Assembly: GCA_019358915.1 (NCBI GenBank)
Contig: JAHHIM010000054.1
Coordinates: 1 to 19,863, forward strand
Source of the DNA: Trichormus sp. ATA11-4-KO1
Lineage (GTDB): Bacteria > Cyanobacteriota > Cyanobacteriia > Cyanobacteriales > Nostocaceae
Length of the DNA stretch: 19,863 bases
Direction of reading: 5' to 3'
This document shows positions 1-13,481 of the stretch, in pieces; position 1 is the first letter of the stretch, and each line of letters starts with the position of its first letter. The notes below the pieces were generated by a model. It was not told the origin of the DNA. It ran no database searches and worked only from the letters and a program-made list of their open reading frames with translations. Position numbers and translations under genes: made by a program.

Positions 1-20
1 TTCTCCCACCAATCCAACAT
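1..20 (-). CDS. N-terminus of an IS4-family transposase (partial, runs off the window)
   Basis: ATG at 20 gives MLDWWE(K/N), resembling the start of cyanobacterial Tn5-like transposases, about 90 nt inside the IS end. Confidence 0.65.
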
Positions 21-126
21 TGCTTGTCACCTTTAGCACAGAATTTCAATTAGTGTACCGTGTATGCTGTGCTTTTTCTACAATCCCTTCTGAGCAAGCT
101 TTTTGAGACTTAACGGGAAAAGTCAG
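1..126 (-). mobile_element. Left end of an IS4-family (IS50/Tn5-like) insertion sequence; continues beyond the window start
   Basis: Minus strand 126->108 reads CTGACTTTTCCCGTTAAGT, matching the Tn5 outside end CTGACTCTTATACACAAGT at 12/19 positions including CTGACT and AAGT. A transposase-like start follows at 20. Glycosyltransferase homology ends at this point. Confidence 0.8.
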
Positions 127-859
127 AATCCTGAGAAGCCCTAACCTCACCAATAATTAACAAACAAGCCGGATGCTGCTTGCGAACTGTTGTCAAAGCA
201 TTCAATAAGAATTGCTGTCCTTTCTTTTCTCGCAACTCCCCACAAAAACCCAGGACGACTTCATCAGGTGCAATTCCTAACTTCTCCCGCGTGATTTCAC
301 CTGATTGTATCAAAGCAAATACTTCTGTATCTACGGCATTTTTTAATACTAGTACATCATCCCGTCCACTCAGTAGCTGAATTTTGCGAGACATATCAGC
401 ACTTACCGCCGTTATCACCTTGGCGTGTTGTAGTGTCCATTGCAGTCGGCCAAAATCTCCTGGGGGAAACATTTCCTTATCAATATCATTACCACGAGCG
501 CTAACGGTACTGGGTATTTTTTTCAGTCCGGCAAACCAAGCAGCTAGAAATCCACTAGGAAAAAGATAATGACCCCAAATAGCATCATAACCCCGAAGTT
601 GTTGCAACCAATCCAGAACATTCAAAGTATGAGGCATTGTCATGTCCCAATGACGGTATAAGCCTATACGATAAACTCGATACTTAGACTCGATATGTTC
701 TGGCGGCAAAACTTCACCTGGTTGCAAATATCGACTCCAGGTAACAACATCAATTTCCATACCCAGTTTACAGAGTGTTGTTACTAGGCGCGTCGCACTA
801 CTAGCCAAACCACCCAAATCTGGTGCAAACCGTTCTGTAACTAATAAAAGACGCTTCAT
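110..859 (-). pseudogene. GT4/GT-B glycosyltransferase, C-terminally truncated by IS insertion
   Basis: GT4 N-terminal features are present (ERFAPDLGGL, VSARGNDI, AVSADM, KNAVD, GELREKKG). The protein ends at 249 aa without the C-terminal E-x7-E nucleotide-sugar motif, and its stop codon lies inside the IS end. Confidence 0.8.
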
Positions 860-1056
860 TCAGTTTTTGATTTGAAATTAACCTGATACAGATATCTTGC
901 ACCACCCTCTTACCTTTGTGTCTGTGTGTCTTCGTGGTATACGCTGTGCGCACGTTACTTCTTTTATCTTTTAGCTTTTTACTTCTACCTTCTGGTCGTT
1001 CAACTTGTTACACATTTTGAATAATTTGAAAAATACTCATCTGCGATCATATGTAT

Positions 1057-1092
1057 CAGCATTGCTGTTTATGCAGCGAATTCAGCAACGCC
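1057..1092. repeat. Degenerate palindromic short dispersed repeat (GGCGTTGCTGAA type)
   Basis: TTCAGCAACGCC at 1081-1092 faces a degenerate inverted copy (agcattgctg) near 1058. Confidence 0.4.
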
Positions 1093-1108
1093 CAAAAATA
1101 CAAACGAT

Positions 1109-1137
1109 AAAAAAGAGGTCTATTTTTTGACCTCTTT
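1109..1137 (-). terminator. Intrinsic terminator of the apc operon
   Basis: 9-bp stem AAAGAGGTC (1112-1120) / GACCTCTTT (1129-1137) with a minus-strand T-tract, 35 nt after the apcC stop. Confidence 0.75.
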
Positions 1138-1172
1138 GCAACTCCCTAAAATGATGTTCGTTATATATTAAA

Positions 1173-1379
1173 TTACATCAACCCAGCATTAGTACCTTGT
1201 TTACCAGTTGCTAGTTCTACCTTCACGATTTTGCCACCCATTTTTTGAATGCGTTGCTGTTCGCGGAACCAGTTTTCGTAGGGAACCAACTTGGTAAAGT
1301 AGGTATTTTGCAGTTCTCTTTGGGTACGAATCCGGGTTTGACTGGGAACACAAGCTGTAATTTTAAACAACCGCGCCAT
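1173..1379 (-). CDS. apcC: Phycobilisome core small linker Lc7.8
   Basis: MARLFKITACVPSQTRIRTQRELQNTYFTKLVPYENWFREQQRIQKMGGKIVKVEL; lies after apcB. Confidence 0.98.
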   Translation of the reverse strand: MARLFKITACVPSQTRIRTQRELQNTYFTKLVPYENWFREQQRIQKMGGKIVKVELATGKQGTNAGLM

Positions 1380-1606
1380 TTTTTTATCTCCTACAGTGAT
1401 TGTGAAAGCTTTTTTATTTCAAACAAAAATGGGAGTGTATATTTTACGCAAATGTTTAAATTAATCACTCCAAGTCTGGAAATCAAGCATCAATACTAGA
1501 CCGCTAAAACTCATTCAACATATAAGCAATAGAACGTTCTAGCACTCACAATTGATTTCCAGACCTTAATCAAGCCGCACCTAATGTTTTAAGTGCAAAC
1601 TAGCTC

Positions 1607-2092
1607 CTAGCTTAAGCCAGAGGAGATATAGTCTAAGTAAACGCCCATTTCCTTACCGGCTTCGGGGCCTACTAAGCTAGCGGTTACTTCTTTGATTGCT
1701 TGGATAGCTTGGACAGTAGCACCTACGGGAACACCCAAGGAGTTGTAGGTTTCCTTCAAGCCATTGAGTACGCGCTCATCCAGGATGGAAGGATCGCCAG
1801 CTAGCATAGCGTAGGTAGCATAGCGTAGGTAGTAATCCAAGTCACGGATACAAGCTGCATAGCGACGGGTGGTGTACATGTTACCACCGGGGCGGGTGAT
1901 GTCAGAGTATAGCAGAGACTTAGCTACAGCTTCTTTGACGATCGCAGCTGCGTTAGCGCTGATGGTTGTAGCTGCACGGACGCGCAGTTCACCAGTTACG
2001 AAGTAGCCTTTGAGCTTTTCTAGAGCAGCAGTGTCCAGGTACTTACCTTGAACGTCTGAGGCGTTAATGACAGAGGTAATTGCGTCTTGCAT
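1607..2092 (-). CDS. apcB: Allophycocyanin beta subunit
   Basis: 161 aa, [10 protein letters not shown]...[18 protein letters not shown] (bilin Cys and methylatable Asn). Confidence 0.99.
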   Translation of the reverse strand: MQDAITSVINASDVQGKYLDTAALEKLKGYFVTGELRVRAATTISANAAAIVKEAVAKSLLYSDITRPGGNMYTTRRYAACIRDLDYYLRYATYAMLAGDPSILDERVLNGLKETYNSLGVPVGATVQAIQAIKEVTASLVGPEAGKEMGVYLDYISSGLS

Positions 2093-2161
2093 GTTGTTAT
2101 TTCCTTATTTCCAACCTTATTGCAATACTTATGTTTCAGCAGAAGTAGAAACAGCTTCAGC

Positions 2162-2647
2162 CTATTGCATCGCACCGACTAGGTAGTCGAAGTAAGCACC
2201 AGCTTCACCAGCGTCTTCAGCAGACAACAGGGTAGCAGCAACATTCTTCATCGCTGTAACGCCACCAGCAACAGCATCGATAGGAGTGCCGAGGGACTTG
2301 TACATTTCGCGAACACCCACAACACCGATCTCTTCGATGGGGGTAACATCACCGGAAACTATTCCGTAGGTGATGAGGCGGAGGTAGTAATCTAGGTCGC
2401 GCAGACAAGTAGCAGTCATTTCTTGACCGTAGGCGTTGCCACCAGGAGAGACAACATCAGGGCGCTTTTGGAACAACTGATCACCAGCTTGCTTCACAAT
2501 CCGCTCGCGGTTGTCGGTCAAAACTTGGGCGATGCGGAGGCGACGTTCACCACCAGAAACAAAGCTTTTAATCCGATCCAGTTCGCCGGGGCTGAGGTAG
2601 CGGGCTTCTGCATCAGCATTCACGATGGACTTCGTGACGATACTCAT
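2162..2647 (-). CDS. apcA: Allophycocyanin alpha subunit
   Basis: 161 aa, [23 protein letters not shown]...TATCLRD; GGAGG RBS upstream. Confidence 0.99.
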   Translation of the reverse strand: MSIVTKSIVNADAEARYLSPGELDRIKSFVSGGERRLRIAQVLTDNRERIVKQAGDQLFQKRPDVVSPGGNAYGQEMTATCLRDLDYYLRLITYGIVSGDVTPIEEIGVVGVREMYKSLGTPIDAVAGGVTAMKNVAATLLSAEDAGEAGAYFDYLVGAMQ

Positions 2648-2826
2648 TAATGGATTCCTCCAGTACTAATGAAACCAGAATTTAATTAAACTGGTGCGAC
2701 TTTAATTTGGTTAAGGGTAGCTTTGTTTGCTCGTTGTTTTAGATACATCAGTTGCATAACTGCCATAGCTATCACATTACGAGTTTGCTGAAAAACGCAG
2801 CTACCTTCCGCAAAATATTTTCCGGC

Positions 2827-2867
2827 ATTCTGTTGAGCATTTATGACTGCTCTTAACAGTTTGTAAT
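2827..2867 (-). promoter_or_regulatory. Putative internal apcA promoter with HLR1-like direct repeat
   Basis: Minus strand ATTACAAA-CT-GTTAAGAG (2867-2850) lies upstream of a CAGAAT -10-like box (2832-2827). Confidence 0.35.
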
Positions 2868-2996
2868 ATTACTTTTCAGATTTACATCAAGTTTGTTGTC
2901 TGAAAGCTTGATTACAAAAGGTTATGAAGGAGATGAGGAGGAATTAGGCAGAAATCTCTACCTATTCCCCACTCTCTACTTCTCATTCCCTAGTTC

Positions 2997-6437
<3,441 letters not shown>

Positions 6438-6767
6438 TTAAGTCTGGGTTGTTTTGAGGCTTGACACATCAGTATGATCATGCCTAAAGAGTACCGCCTG
6501 CAAAACTGCCAGTAAATTAACCCAGTTAGCTTTAGATTAAAACGTTTTGCGTTTTCCCTGGTGATTTATTAAGAAGTATGTAGAACCTGTAATCTAAATC
6601 CGCTACCCAGGATGAGTACATATCTCTAGCTTGCCGATGATCATGAAACTTTTCGCTTTCAACTCTCCCAGTTTGGTCAGCGAAATCATATTTTGTTGCA
6701 GATATATAATTATTTAATATTTCTTAATATATGAGTCGCTGGCTATGGGTGGAAGAAAATCATGCTT

Positions 6768-6817
6768 GTAGTAAGCACTTTAGTGCTGCTTTGGTGGAGG
6801 ACTAAAGTCCTCACTAC
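6768..6817. repeat. Inverted doublet of GTAG-tagged REP-like palindromes
   Basis: GTAGTAAGCACTTTAGTGCT (6768-6787) and the reverse complement of 6798-6817 (GTAGTGAGGACTTTAGTCCT) match at 17/20, with a 10-nt spacer. Confidence 0.75.
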
Positions 6818-6910
6818 GAACTAAGTTAAAATCAAGATAAAAATTACCAGCTAAAATTATGAATTTAGTTAAAAAAACCTCCTCTAGCAGAACATGGGAG
6901 TTGAGCCACA

Positions 6911-7681
6911 ATGTATCAAACTGATCCGCCCTTACCTCCTACAGAAATACTGCCAACTATGTATGACTTGCCAAGCGAAAATCCGGAGGAACCAGGTTTG
7001 CCAGATGAATTTCACCTTTTACAACCTGAATTACTCCGCATCACTTTTCGCCCGCCTAGTTATGCTGATGATCAGATATTTACAGCTAGTGATTTAAACT
7101 TATACTATGACCCTCATCACCCTCAATGGTATAAGCGCCCCGATTGGTTTGCCGTGTTGGGAGTATCGCGTTTTTATAACCAAACAGAACTGCGGTTAAG
7201 TTACGTTACTTGGCAAGAAGGAATCAATCCTTTTGTAGTAGTGGAACTAATATCACCGGGTACAGAAGCAGAAGATTTAGGGAGAAATTTACGGGAAGTT
7301 AAGCAACCGCCTAATAAATGGTCAGTGTATGAGCAAATCTTGAGAGTTCCCTATTATTTTGTTTTCAATCGTTACACTAATGAGTTTTACTGTTTTGGTT
7401 TAATGATGAATCGCTATCAACCTCTGGCTGTGAATGGACTAGGGGTGTGGTTAGAGGAAGCAGAACTAGGTTTAGGATTATGGGATGGAGAATATCAGGG
7501 ATTAAAAAGATTATGGCTGCGTTGGTATGATCGGGATAATAATTGGTTGCCTACACCTACAGAACAAGAAAAACAACGCGCAGAACAAGAAAAACAACGC
7601 GCTGATTCTGCTGAGTTAGAAGTTGCTAAGTTGCGGCAATTATTACTTGAAAAAGGAATCAGTTTACCCGATGGTGAATAA
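6911..7681 (+). CDS. Uma2-family (DUF820, PD-(D/E)xK) putative endonuclease
   Basis: LPTMYDLPSE, DEFH, RPDWFAV, VVVELISPGT, KWSVYEQILRVPYY and WLRWYD motifs, with a coiled-coil tail. Confidence 0.92.
   Translation: MYQTDPPLPPTEILPTMYDLPSENPEEPGLPDEFHLLQPELLRITFRPPSYADDQIFTASDLNLYYDPHHPQWYKRPDWFAVLGVSRFYNQTELRLSYVTWQEGINPFVVVELISPGTEAEDLGRNLREVKQPPNKWSVYEQILRVPYYFVFNRYTNEFYCFGLMMNRYQPLAVNGLGVWLEEAELGLGLWDGEYQGLKRLWLRWYDRDNNWLPTPTEQEKQRAEQEKQRADSAELEVAKLRQLLLEKGISLPDGE
7560..7602 (+). repeat. 21-bp in-frame tandem duplication (EQEKQRA x2) in the Uma2 tail
   Basis: CAGAACAAGAAAAACAACGCG occurs twice in tandem. Confidence 0.9.
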
Positions 7682-7743
7682 TGATCTCTACTGTAACTCA
7701 AGCAACATTTACAGCTAGACGAACTAGGAAAGTCCCAGCATAA

Positions 7744-8115
7744 TCAACAAAATACCAGGTAGACAGGATAGACAATTGAGTAACTTATTGTGAAATAAAA
7801 ATTGAAGAATAAAAATATCATGAATAATTTTATATAAGCTTTATTCATCAAAACAGGTACGCAATCACTAACATTGTAAGCAGATGCCATTTTCACATCT
7901 GACTCAAACCCTCTTGCAATTAACTCTTTACCCGAAATGCATTGTTTTAAGTAACCAAGTAAATCCTGCTGAAAAGCCTGAAATGTTTCTACAGCCGTTG
8001 CTGCTTCTGGTGATAAACTGCCTTGTAAGTTACTGAGAATTGCCCTAGCGCCAAATAAATCTTCAAATGCAGGTCTGAGGCTACCATCGTCTTCGCATTT
8101 TTCGCCAGCCGGAAC
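7744..8115 (-). pseudogene. C-terminal remnant of a 2-phosphosulfolactate phosphatase (ComB-like) gene
   Basis: PAGEKCEDDGSLRPAFEDLFGARAIL...SGKELIARGFESDV matches the ComB-family C-terminal half. The N-terminal half is absent and replaced by repeat DNA. Confidence 0.75.
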
Positions 8116-8124
8116 CGACACAAA

Positions 8125-8227
8125 TTCTAACACACTCAGCGTACCAACAGTTGCCTCAAGTCGGGAAACCTGCCCACGGCGCTGTCTCACCTTTGCGCTT
8201 ACTTAGCGTGCCTCTGCGTTGAAAAAC
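8125..8227. repeat. Composite Nostocales-type short dispersed repeats
   Basis: CAGTTGCCTCAAGTCGGGAAACCTGCCCACGGCGCTG and CTTTGCGCTTACTTAGCGTGCCTCTGCGTTGAAAAA are GC-rich motifs resembling common Nostocales intergenic repeats. Confidence 0.5.
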
Positions 8228-8263
8228 GCTATGATTTTACGCAAAGCTGCAATCTCACTCATC

Positions 8264-9445
8264 ATGTCAGACCCTCAAACCGTTAGCACTGCTGTTGCCA
8301 AACTCTACGACACCTATCCCTTTCCCCCAGAACCCCTACTAGATGAAGCCCCACCTGGATATAATTGGCGTTGGAATTGGCTAGCCGCTTACAACTTTTG
8401 TACTGGTAGAAAACCACCAAAGCAAGATATCCGCATTTTAGATGCTGGTTGTGGTTCTGGTGTGAGTACGGAATATTTGGTACATCTCAACCCCCAAGCG
8501 CAGGTAGTGGGAATTGATTTAAGTGCGGGAACTTTAGAAGTAGCCAAAGAACGCTGTCAACGTTCCGGTGCCGATAGGGTAGAATTTCATCACCTCAGTT
8601 TGTATGACGTGGAACAATTGCCAGGAGAGTTTGATTTAATTAACTGCGTGGGTGTCCTGCATCACTTACCTGACCCTGTGCGTGGTATTCAAGCCTTAGC
8701 AAAAAAATTAGCCCCTGGTGGACTAATGCACATTTTTGTGTATGGTGAACTAGGACGCTGGGAAATTCAACTCATGCAAAAGGCGATCGCACTCCTCCAA
8801 GGTGACAAAAAAGGCGATTACCGCGATGGTGTACAAGTCGGACGCAAAATATTTGCCTCTTTACCAGAAAACAATCGTCTTGTCAAGCGAGAAAAAGAAC
8901 TTTGGTCATTAGAAAACCACAAGGATGAATGTTTTGCCGATATGTACGTTCATCCCCAGGAAATTGACTACAACATTGAGACGCTGTTTGCATTAATTGA
9001 TGCTTCAAGCTTGGAGTTTATTGGTTTTTCTAACCCTAGTTTTTGGCAGTTAGAAAGACTTTTAGCAAAAGCACCAGATTTAATCGAACGGGCACAAAAG
9101 TTAAGCGATCGCCAACGTTATCGCCTGATAGAATTATTAGACCCGGAAGTTACCCATTACGAGTTTTTCCTCGGTCGCCTCCCCTTTATTAAAGCCGACT
9201 GGTCAGATGATCATGCCTTACTCAAAGCAGTACCCGAACTTAATCCTTGTATAGAGGGATTTCCTGGTCAATGTGTATTTAATTACGAATACCAGATTAT
9301 TAACTTGTCAGCAGCAGCATTTGAATTTTTGCAAAAATGTGATGGGAATTCCACAGTGGCAGAAATATTGACAACTGTGCAGCTAGAACTGGATCAGGTA
9401 AAGACGCTCTGCCAACAGCAAATGATTGTATTGACACCGGGTTAA
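8264..9445 (+). CDS. cpcM: Phycobiliprotein beta-subunit asparagine N-methyltransferase (class I SAM)
   Basis: 393 aa from ATG 8264 (MSDPQTVS); LYDTYPFPP, ILDAGCGSG, CVGVLHHL and FADMYVHPQE motifs; conserved Nostocales position directly upstream of atp1. Confidence 0.82.
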   Translation: MSDPQTVSTAVAKLYDTYPFPPEPLLDEAPPGYNWRWNWLAAYNFCTGRKPPKQDIRILDAGCGSGVSTEYLVHLNPQAQVVGIDLSAGTLEVAKERCQRSGADRVEFHHLSLYDVEQLPGEFDLINCVGVLHHLPDPVRGIQALAKKLAPGGLMHIFVYGELGRWEIQLMQKAIALLQGDKKGDYRDGVQVGRKIFASLPENNRLVKREKELWSLENHKDECFADMYVHPQEIDYNIETLFALIDASSLEFIGFSNPSFWQLERLLAKAPDLIERAQKLSDRQRYRLIELLDPEVTHYEFFLGRLPFIKADWSDDHALLKAVPELNPCIEGFPGQCVFNYEYQIINLSAAAFEFLQKCDGNSTVAEILTTVQLELDQVKTLCQQQMIVLTPG

Positions 9446-9676
9446 TCACCGCATCAAGAAGCTGACTAGACAATAACTAGGTAGAAAAAGACTTGACTGA
9501 AAATCAGCAGAATTTGAAGAAATTTGGAATTCTCCCAGCGTGAATTTTGGATATTTCTTGGACTCTCCTCCTGGCATCCTTACCCTCTATTTTTCATGAC
9601 AGCGCACGGCTTCTACCGTTAGTCTGATCCTGACAAGAAGTTAATTGTTTTTTTCTAAAGTATTGTTACCTGATCG

Positions 9677-9685
9677 TGATATGAT
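9677..9685 (+). promoter_or_regulatory. Extended -10 promoter of the atp operon
   Basis: TG-A-TATGAT about 55 nt upstream of the GTG at 9740. Confidence 0.45.
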
Positions 9686-9739
9686 TCAGCTGACTGAATG
9701 TGCAGTCATCATACGTTAGCTGTACTGGTTTCAAGTCTC

Positions 9740-10180
9740 GTGAGCTTGTCAGAAGATTCAATTGATCCCACTTTGACAACACAACAAGATACTCAATCTG
9801 GTTTTGAGGACACAGAACCAGTAGACTCTTCCATGCAGGAGTTCTATCAACTCTATCAGGAGTTGTTGGTAATCACACTTGTCTTGACAGGGATTGTTTT
9901 TATCTCTGTGTGTATTGCTTATTCTCTAAACATTGCCCTGAATTATCTTTTAGGGGCGTGTGCAGGTGTAGTTTACTTGAGGATGTTGGCAAAAGATGTT
10001 GAGCGTTTAGGTAGAGAAAAACAGGCACTGAGTAAAACTCGGTTAGCCTTATTAGTAGCGCTGATTTTGCTGGCATCGCGGTGGAATCAACTACAAATAT
10101 TACCCATATTTTTGGGATTTCTCACCTACAAAGCCACACTCATCATCTATGTAGTTAGGATGGCTTTTATCTCTGACTAG
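9740..10180 (+). CDS. atpI: ATP synthase protein I (Atp1); start uncertain (9698, 9740 or the later MQEFY Met)
   Basis: SMQEFYQL...[13 protein letters not shown]...FLGFLTYKA; four hydrophobic segments; first gene of the operon. Confidence 0.9.
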   Translation: MSLSEDSIDPTLTTQQDTQSGFEDTEPVDSSMQEFYQLYQELLVITLVLTGIVFISVCIAYSLNIALNYLLGACAGVVYLRMLAKDVERLGREKQALSKTRLALLVALILLASRWNQLQILPIFLGFLTYKATLIIYVVRMAFISD

Positions 10181-10297
10181 CCAAAGCTCCGACAACCCCA
10201 TACAGGCTGACAAAAGCTTTGCGTGAGGACTATCCACACCGCAAATTTGCTCCTCTTCTCCAGGTAAGATTGGAGAAACGATTGATATGGAAAGAAA

Positions 10298-11050
10298 ATG
10301 CTGAATTTTCTGAACTTCTATTCTGTTCCACTTGCCGAATTGGAAGTGGGAAAACATCTGTACTGGCAAATAGGTAACTTGAAACTGCATGGTCAGGTGT
10401 TTCTCACCTCCTGGTTTGTTATTGGTTTGCTAGTGCTAGTTTCCGTGGCAGCAAGCAGTAACATTAAAAGAATTCCTAGTGGGCTACAGAACCTGATGGA
10501 GTATGCCCTGGAATTCATTCGGGACTTGGCAAAAAACCAAATCGGCGAGAAAGAATATCGCCCTTGGGTACCATTTGTTGGTACTTTGTTTTTGTTCATT
10601 TTTGTGTCAAATTGGTCAGGGGCCCTGGTTCCATTCAAACTGATTCATTTGCCAGAAGGTGAACTAGCAGCACCCACAAGTGACATCAATACAACTGTTG
10701 CTCTAGCGTTGTTGACATCGCTAGCGTATTTTTACGCTGGATTCAGCAAAAAGGGTTTAGGGTACTTTGGCAACTACGTCCAGCCAGTGGCTTTTATGTT
10801 GCCATTCAAGATTATTGAAGACTTCACCAAGCCTCTTTCCCTAAGCTTCCGTTTGTTCGGCAACATTTTAGCTGATGAACTTGTAGTAGGCGTGCTGGTA
10901 TTACTAGTACCCTTATTTGTACCTTTGCCAGTCATGGCTTTGGGACTATTTACCAGCGCCATTCAGGCACTAATTTTTGCCACCTTAGCCGCCGCTTACA
11001 TCGGTGAAGCGATGGAAGACCATCATGGCGAGGCGCATGAGGGGCATTAA
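10298..11050 (+). CDS. atpB: ATP synthase F0 subunit a (cyanobacterial atpI)
   Basis: [17 protein letters not shown] and [10 protein letters not shown] with the essential Arg. Confidence 0.98.
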   Translation: MLNFLNFYSVPLAELEVGKHLYWQIGNLKLHGQVFLTSWFVIGLLVLVSVAASSNIKRIPSGLQNLMEYALEFIRDLAKNQIGEKEYRPWVPFVGTLFLFIFVSNWSGALVPFKLIHLPEGELAAPTSDINTTVALALLTSLAYFYAGFSKKGLGYFGNYVQPVAFMLPFKIIEDFTKPLSLSFRLFGNILADELVVGVLVLLVPLFVPLPVMALGLFTSAIQALIFATLAAAYIGEAMEDHHGEAHEGH

Positions 11051-11056
11051 ATACCC

Positions 11057-11120
11057 TCATTAGTCGTTAGTCGTTAGTCATTGTTTTTTTAACAATGACC
11101 AATGGTAAATGACCACTGAC
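11057..11120. repeat. STRR heptamer repeats arranged as an inverted hairpin
   Basis: tcattag-tcgttag-tcgttag-tcattgt faces acaatga-ccaatgg-taaatga-ccactga. Confidence 0.75.
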
Positions 11121-11159
11121 AAAAAACAACTTCTAGACCCATTCAACTCAGTAAAGTAA

Positions 11160-11417
<258 letters not shown>

Positions 11418-11419
11418 CC

Positions 11420-11516
11420 AGTACTGAGTGCTGAGTAAAACAAATTAGGAGTTAAGAGTTAGGAGTTAAGAGTTTAGCTCATAACTCATAACTCGTAACT
11501 CAGGACTCAGGACTAA
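11420..11516. repeat. STRR heptamer inverted repeat array after the subunit c gene
   Basis: GTGCTGA and TTAGGAG/TTAAGAG units face CTCATAA/CTCGTAA/CTCAGGA units. Confidence 0.8.
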
Positions 11517-11540
11517 AATATTAGATAGGAATTAGCAACC

Positions 11541-12032
11541 ATGACACACTGGATCACCTTATTAGCAGTAGAAGAGGTTGCCAAAGAAGGGGGGCTATTC
11601 GATCTAGATGCTACCCTGCCTTTAATGGCAATCCAATTTTTAGTTTTAGCTTTAGTGTTGAATGCAACACTTTACAAACCACTGGGTAACGCTATTGATG
11701 GACGGAATGAGTACATCCGTAACAATCAATTAGAAGCGCAGGAACGTCTGTCAAAAACAGAAAAATTGGCAGACCAATATGAGCAAGACCTAGCAGGAGC
11801 TAGACGGCAAGCCCAAACAATTATTGCTGATGCTCAAGCCGAGGCGCAAAAAATCGCTGCTCAGAAAATAGCAGCAGCGCAACAAGAAGCCCAGGCACAA
11901 AAAGAAAAAACTGCTAGTGAAATTGAGCAGCAAAAACAACAAGCTTTTGCTTCATTAGAGCAACAAGTAGATGCTCTTAGTCGCCAAATCCTAGAAAAGC
12001 TTTTAGGAGCCGATCTAGTAAGTCGGCGCTAA
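11541..12032 (+). CDS. atpF2: ATP synthase F0 subunit b' (cyanobacterial atpG)
   Basis: [17 protein letters not shown] transmembrane segment followed by a coiled coil. Confidence 0.96.
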   Translation: MTHWITLLAVEEVAKEGGLFDLDATLPLMAIQFLVLALVLNATLYKPLGNAIDGRNEYIRNNQLEAQERLSKTEKLADQYEQDLAGARRQAQTIIADAQAEAQKIAAQKIAAAQQEAQAQKEKTASEIEQQKQQAFASLEQQVDALSRQILEKLLGADLVSRR

Positions 12033-12145
12033 CTAAAATGTAGTTGGGAATCGTTAAGTGACATTGTTAAAGACGCCCTCACTCAGTAACAGTTGGCGGC
12101 GTCGGTAATGTTAAGCCTTGGCAGCGCAGTTGTGGATGAAAAATC

Positions 12146-12709
12146 ATGGGGACTTTTTTACTGTTGATGGCTCAAGCCAGCGCCGTCGCAAGTGAATTGG
12201 CAAAGGAAGCAGGGAACGAGGGTTTTGGTCTAAATACAAATATTTTAGATACTAACCTCATTAACCTGGCCATTATTATTACTGTGCTGTTTGTTTTCGG
12301 GCGGAAAGTTCTAGGTAATACCTTGAAAACTCGCCGAGACAATATTGAAACAGCAATTAAGAATGCAGAGCAACGTGCTTCGCAAGCTGCACAGCAACTA
12401 AAAGCAGCACAGCAAAAGTTAGAGCAAGCTCAAGCAGAAGCCGAAAGAATCAAAAAAGCAGCCCAAGAAAACGCCCAAGCTGCGAGTGCAGCCATCTTGG
12501 CGCAAGCTGCTGTCGATATTGAACGCTTACAGGCAGCAGGGGCAGCTGACTTGAGTGCAGACCTAGATAAAGCGATCGCTCAGTTGCGGCAGAGAGTAGT
12601 TGCTCAGGCATTACAAAAAGTCGAGTCGGAACTGAAAAGCGGGATAGCCGACGATGCTCAACAAATTTTAATTGAACGTAGCATCGCACAACTGGGAGGC
12701 GAGGTATGA
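12146..12709 (+). CDS. atpF: ATP synthase F0 subunit b
   Basis: [17 protein letters not shown]; coiled coil; overlaps the next start via ATGA. Confidence 0.96.
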   Translation: MGTFLLLMAQASAVASELAKEAGNEGFGLNTNILDTNLINLAIIITVLFVFGRKVLGNTLKTRRDNIETAIKNAEQRASQAAQQLKAAQQKLEQAQAEAERIKKAAQENAQAASAAILAQAAVDIERLQAAGAADLSADLDKAIAQLRQRVVAQALQKVESELKSGIADDAQQILIERSIAQLGGEV

Positions 12710-13260
12710 CAACTAAGGTAGCAACAGCCGAAATAGCCCAGCCTTACGCACAGGCAATGTTGTCGATCGCGCAATCAAAAAACTTGACAGAAGAATTCGG
12801 CGAAGAAGCGCGTACTTTGCTGAGTCTACTTGCAGAAAACCAGCAGCTACAAGACTTTATCGGCAACCCCTTTATTAAGGGTGAGAACAAAAAGGCTCTC
12901 ATCAGACAAATACTCGGCGAAAATGCCAATTCCTACTTACGCAATTTTTTGCTGCTACTGGTAGATAAACGGCGGATTGTTTTCCTAAAACCAATTTTGC
13001 AGCAGTATTTGGCTTTGTTGCGACAGCTGAATCAAACCGTATTAGCGGAAATTACTTCAGCCGTTTCCCTCTCGGCAGATCAACAGCAAGCGGTAGTGGA
13101 AAAAGTTCTTGCCATCACCAATGCTCGCCAAGTAGAGCTAGAAACCAAGATAGACCGAGAGTTAATTGGTGGTGTGATCATTAAAGTAGGATCGCAGGTA
13201 ATTGATGCCAGTTTACGGGGTCAATTGCGTCGTCTTTCCTTGCGCTTAAGCAGTAGCTAG
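12706..13260 (+). CDS. atpH: ATP synthase F1 delta subunit (cyanobacterial atpD)
   Basis: AQPYAQA and [22 protein letters not shown]; 4-nt overlap with atpF. Confidence 0.97.
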   Translation: MTTKVATAEIAQPYAQAMLSIAQSKNLTEEFGEEARTLLSLLAENQQLQDFIGNPFIKGENKKALIRQILGENANSYLRNFLLLLVDKRRIVFLKPILQQYLALLRQLNQTVLAEITSAVSLSADQQQAVVEKVLAITNARQVELETKIDRELIGGVIIKVGSQVIDASLRGQLRRLSLRLSSS

Positions 13261-13287
13261 TAATTCGTAATTCGTAATTCGTAATTG
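13261..13287. repeat. STRR (TAATTCG)3
   Basis: taattcg-taattcg-taattcg-taattg immediately after the delta gene stop. Confidence 0.85.
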
Positions 13288-13481
13288 CGATACTGCTAGA
13301 GTTTCCTTGCTTTACTAATAGTCTAGCAGGGTAAGTTTGTGGGAGATGAGAAAATCACAGGCCAAGGGGACAAGGAGAAAAGGGGACAAGAACAAAAATA
13401 CTTCCTCATCTCCCCATCCCCTAACTCTTCCCACTTCTGGGCAATTACTTCTTCCTTCTCGAAAGCAAAAAAGATAGAAAC

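Noticed and set aside
885..995. Repeat-like fragments upstream of the glycosyltransferase (GATATCTTGCACC, CTTTGTGTC...CTTCGTGGT, pyrimidine heptamers)
   Set aside because: Too degenerate, with no paired ends, to call an element.
7744..8190. 148-aa ORF as an intact protein
   Set aside because: Its N-terminus is translated repeat DNA and its tail looks like AT-rich read-through; only the middle is ComB-like.
6911..9445. Uma2 nuclease plus methyltransferase as a restriction-modification system
   Set aside because: The methyltransferase lacks DNA-methyltransferase catalytic motifs and fits CpcM; Uma2 genes are abundant standalone paralogues in cyanobacteria.
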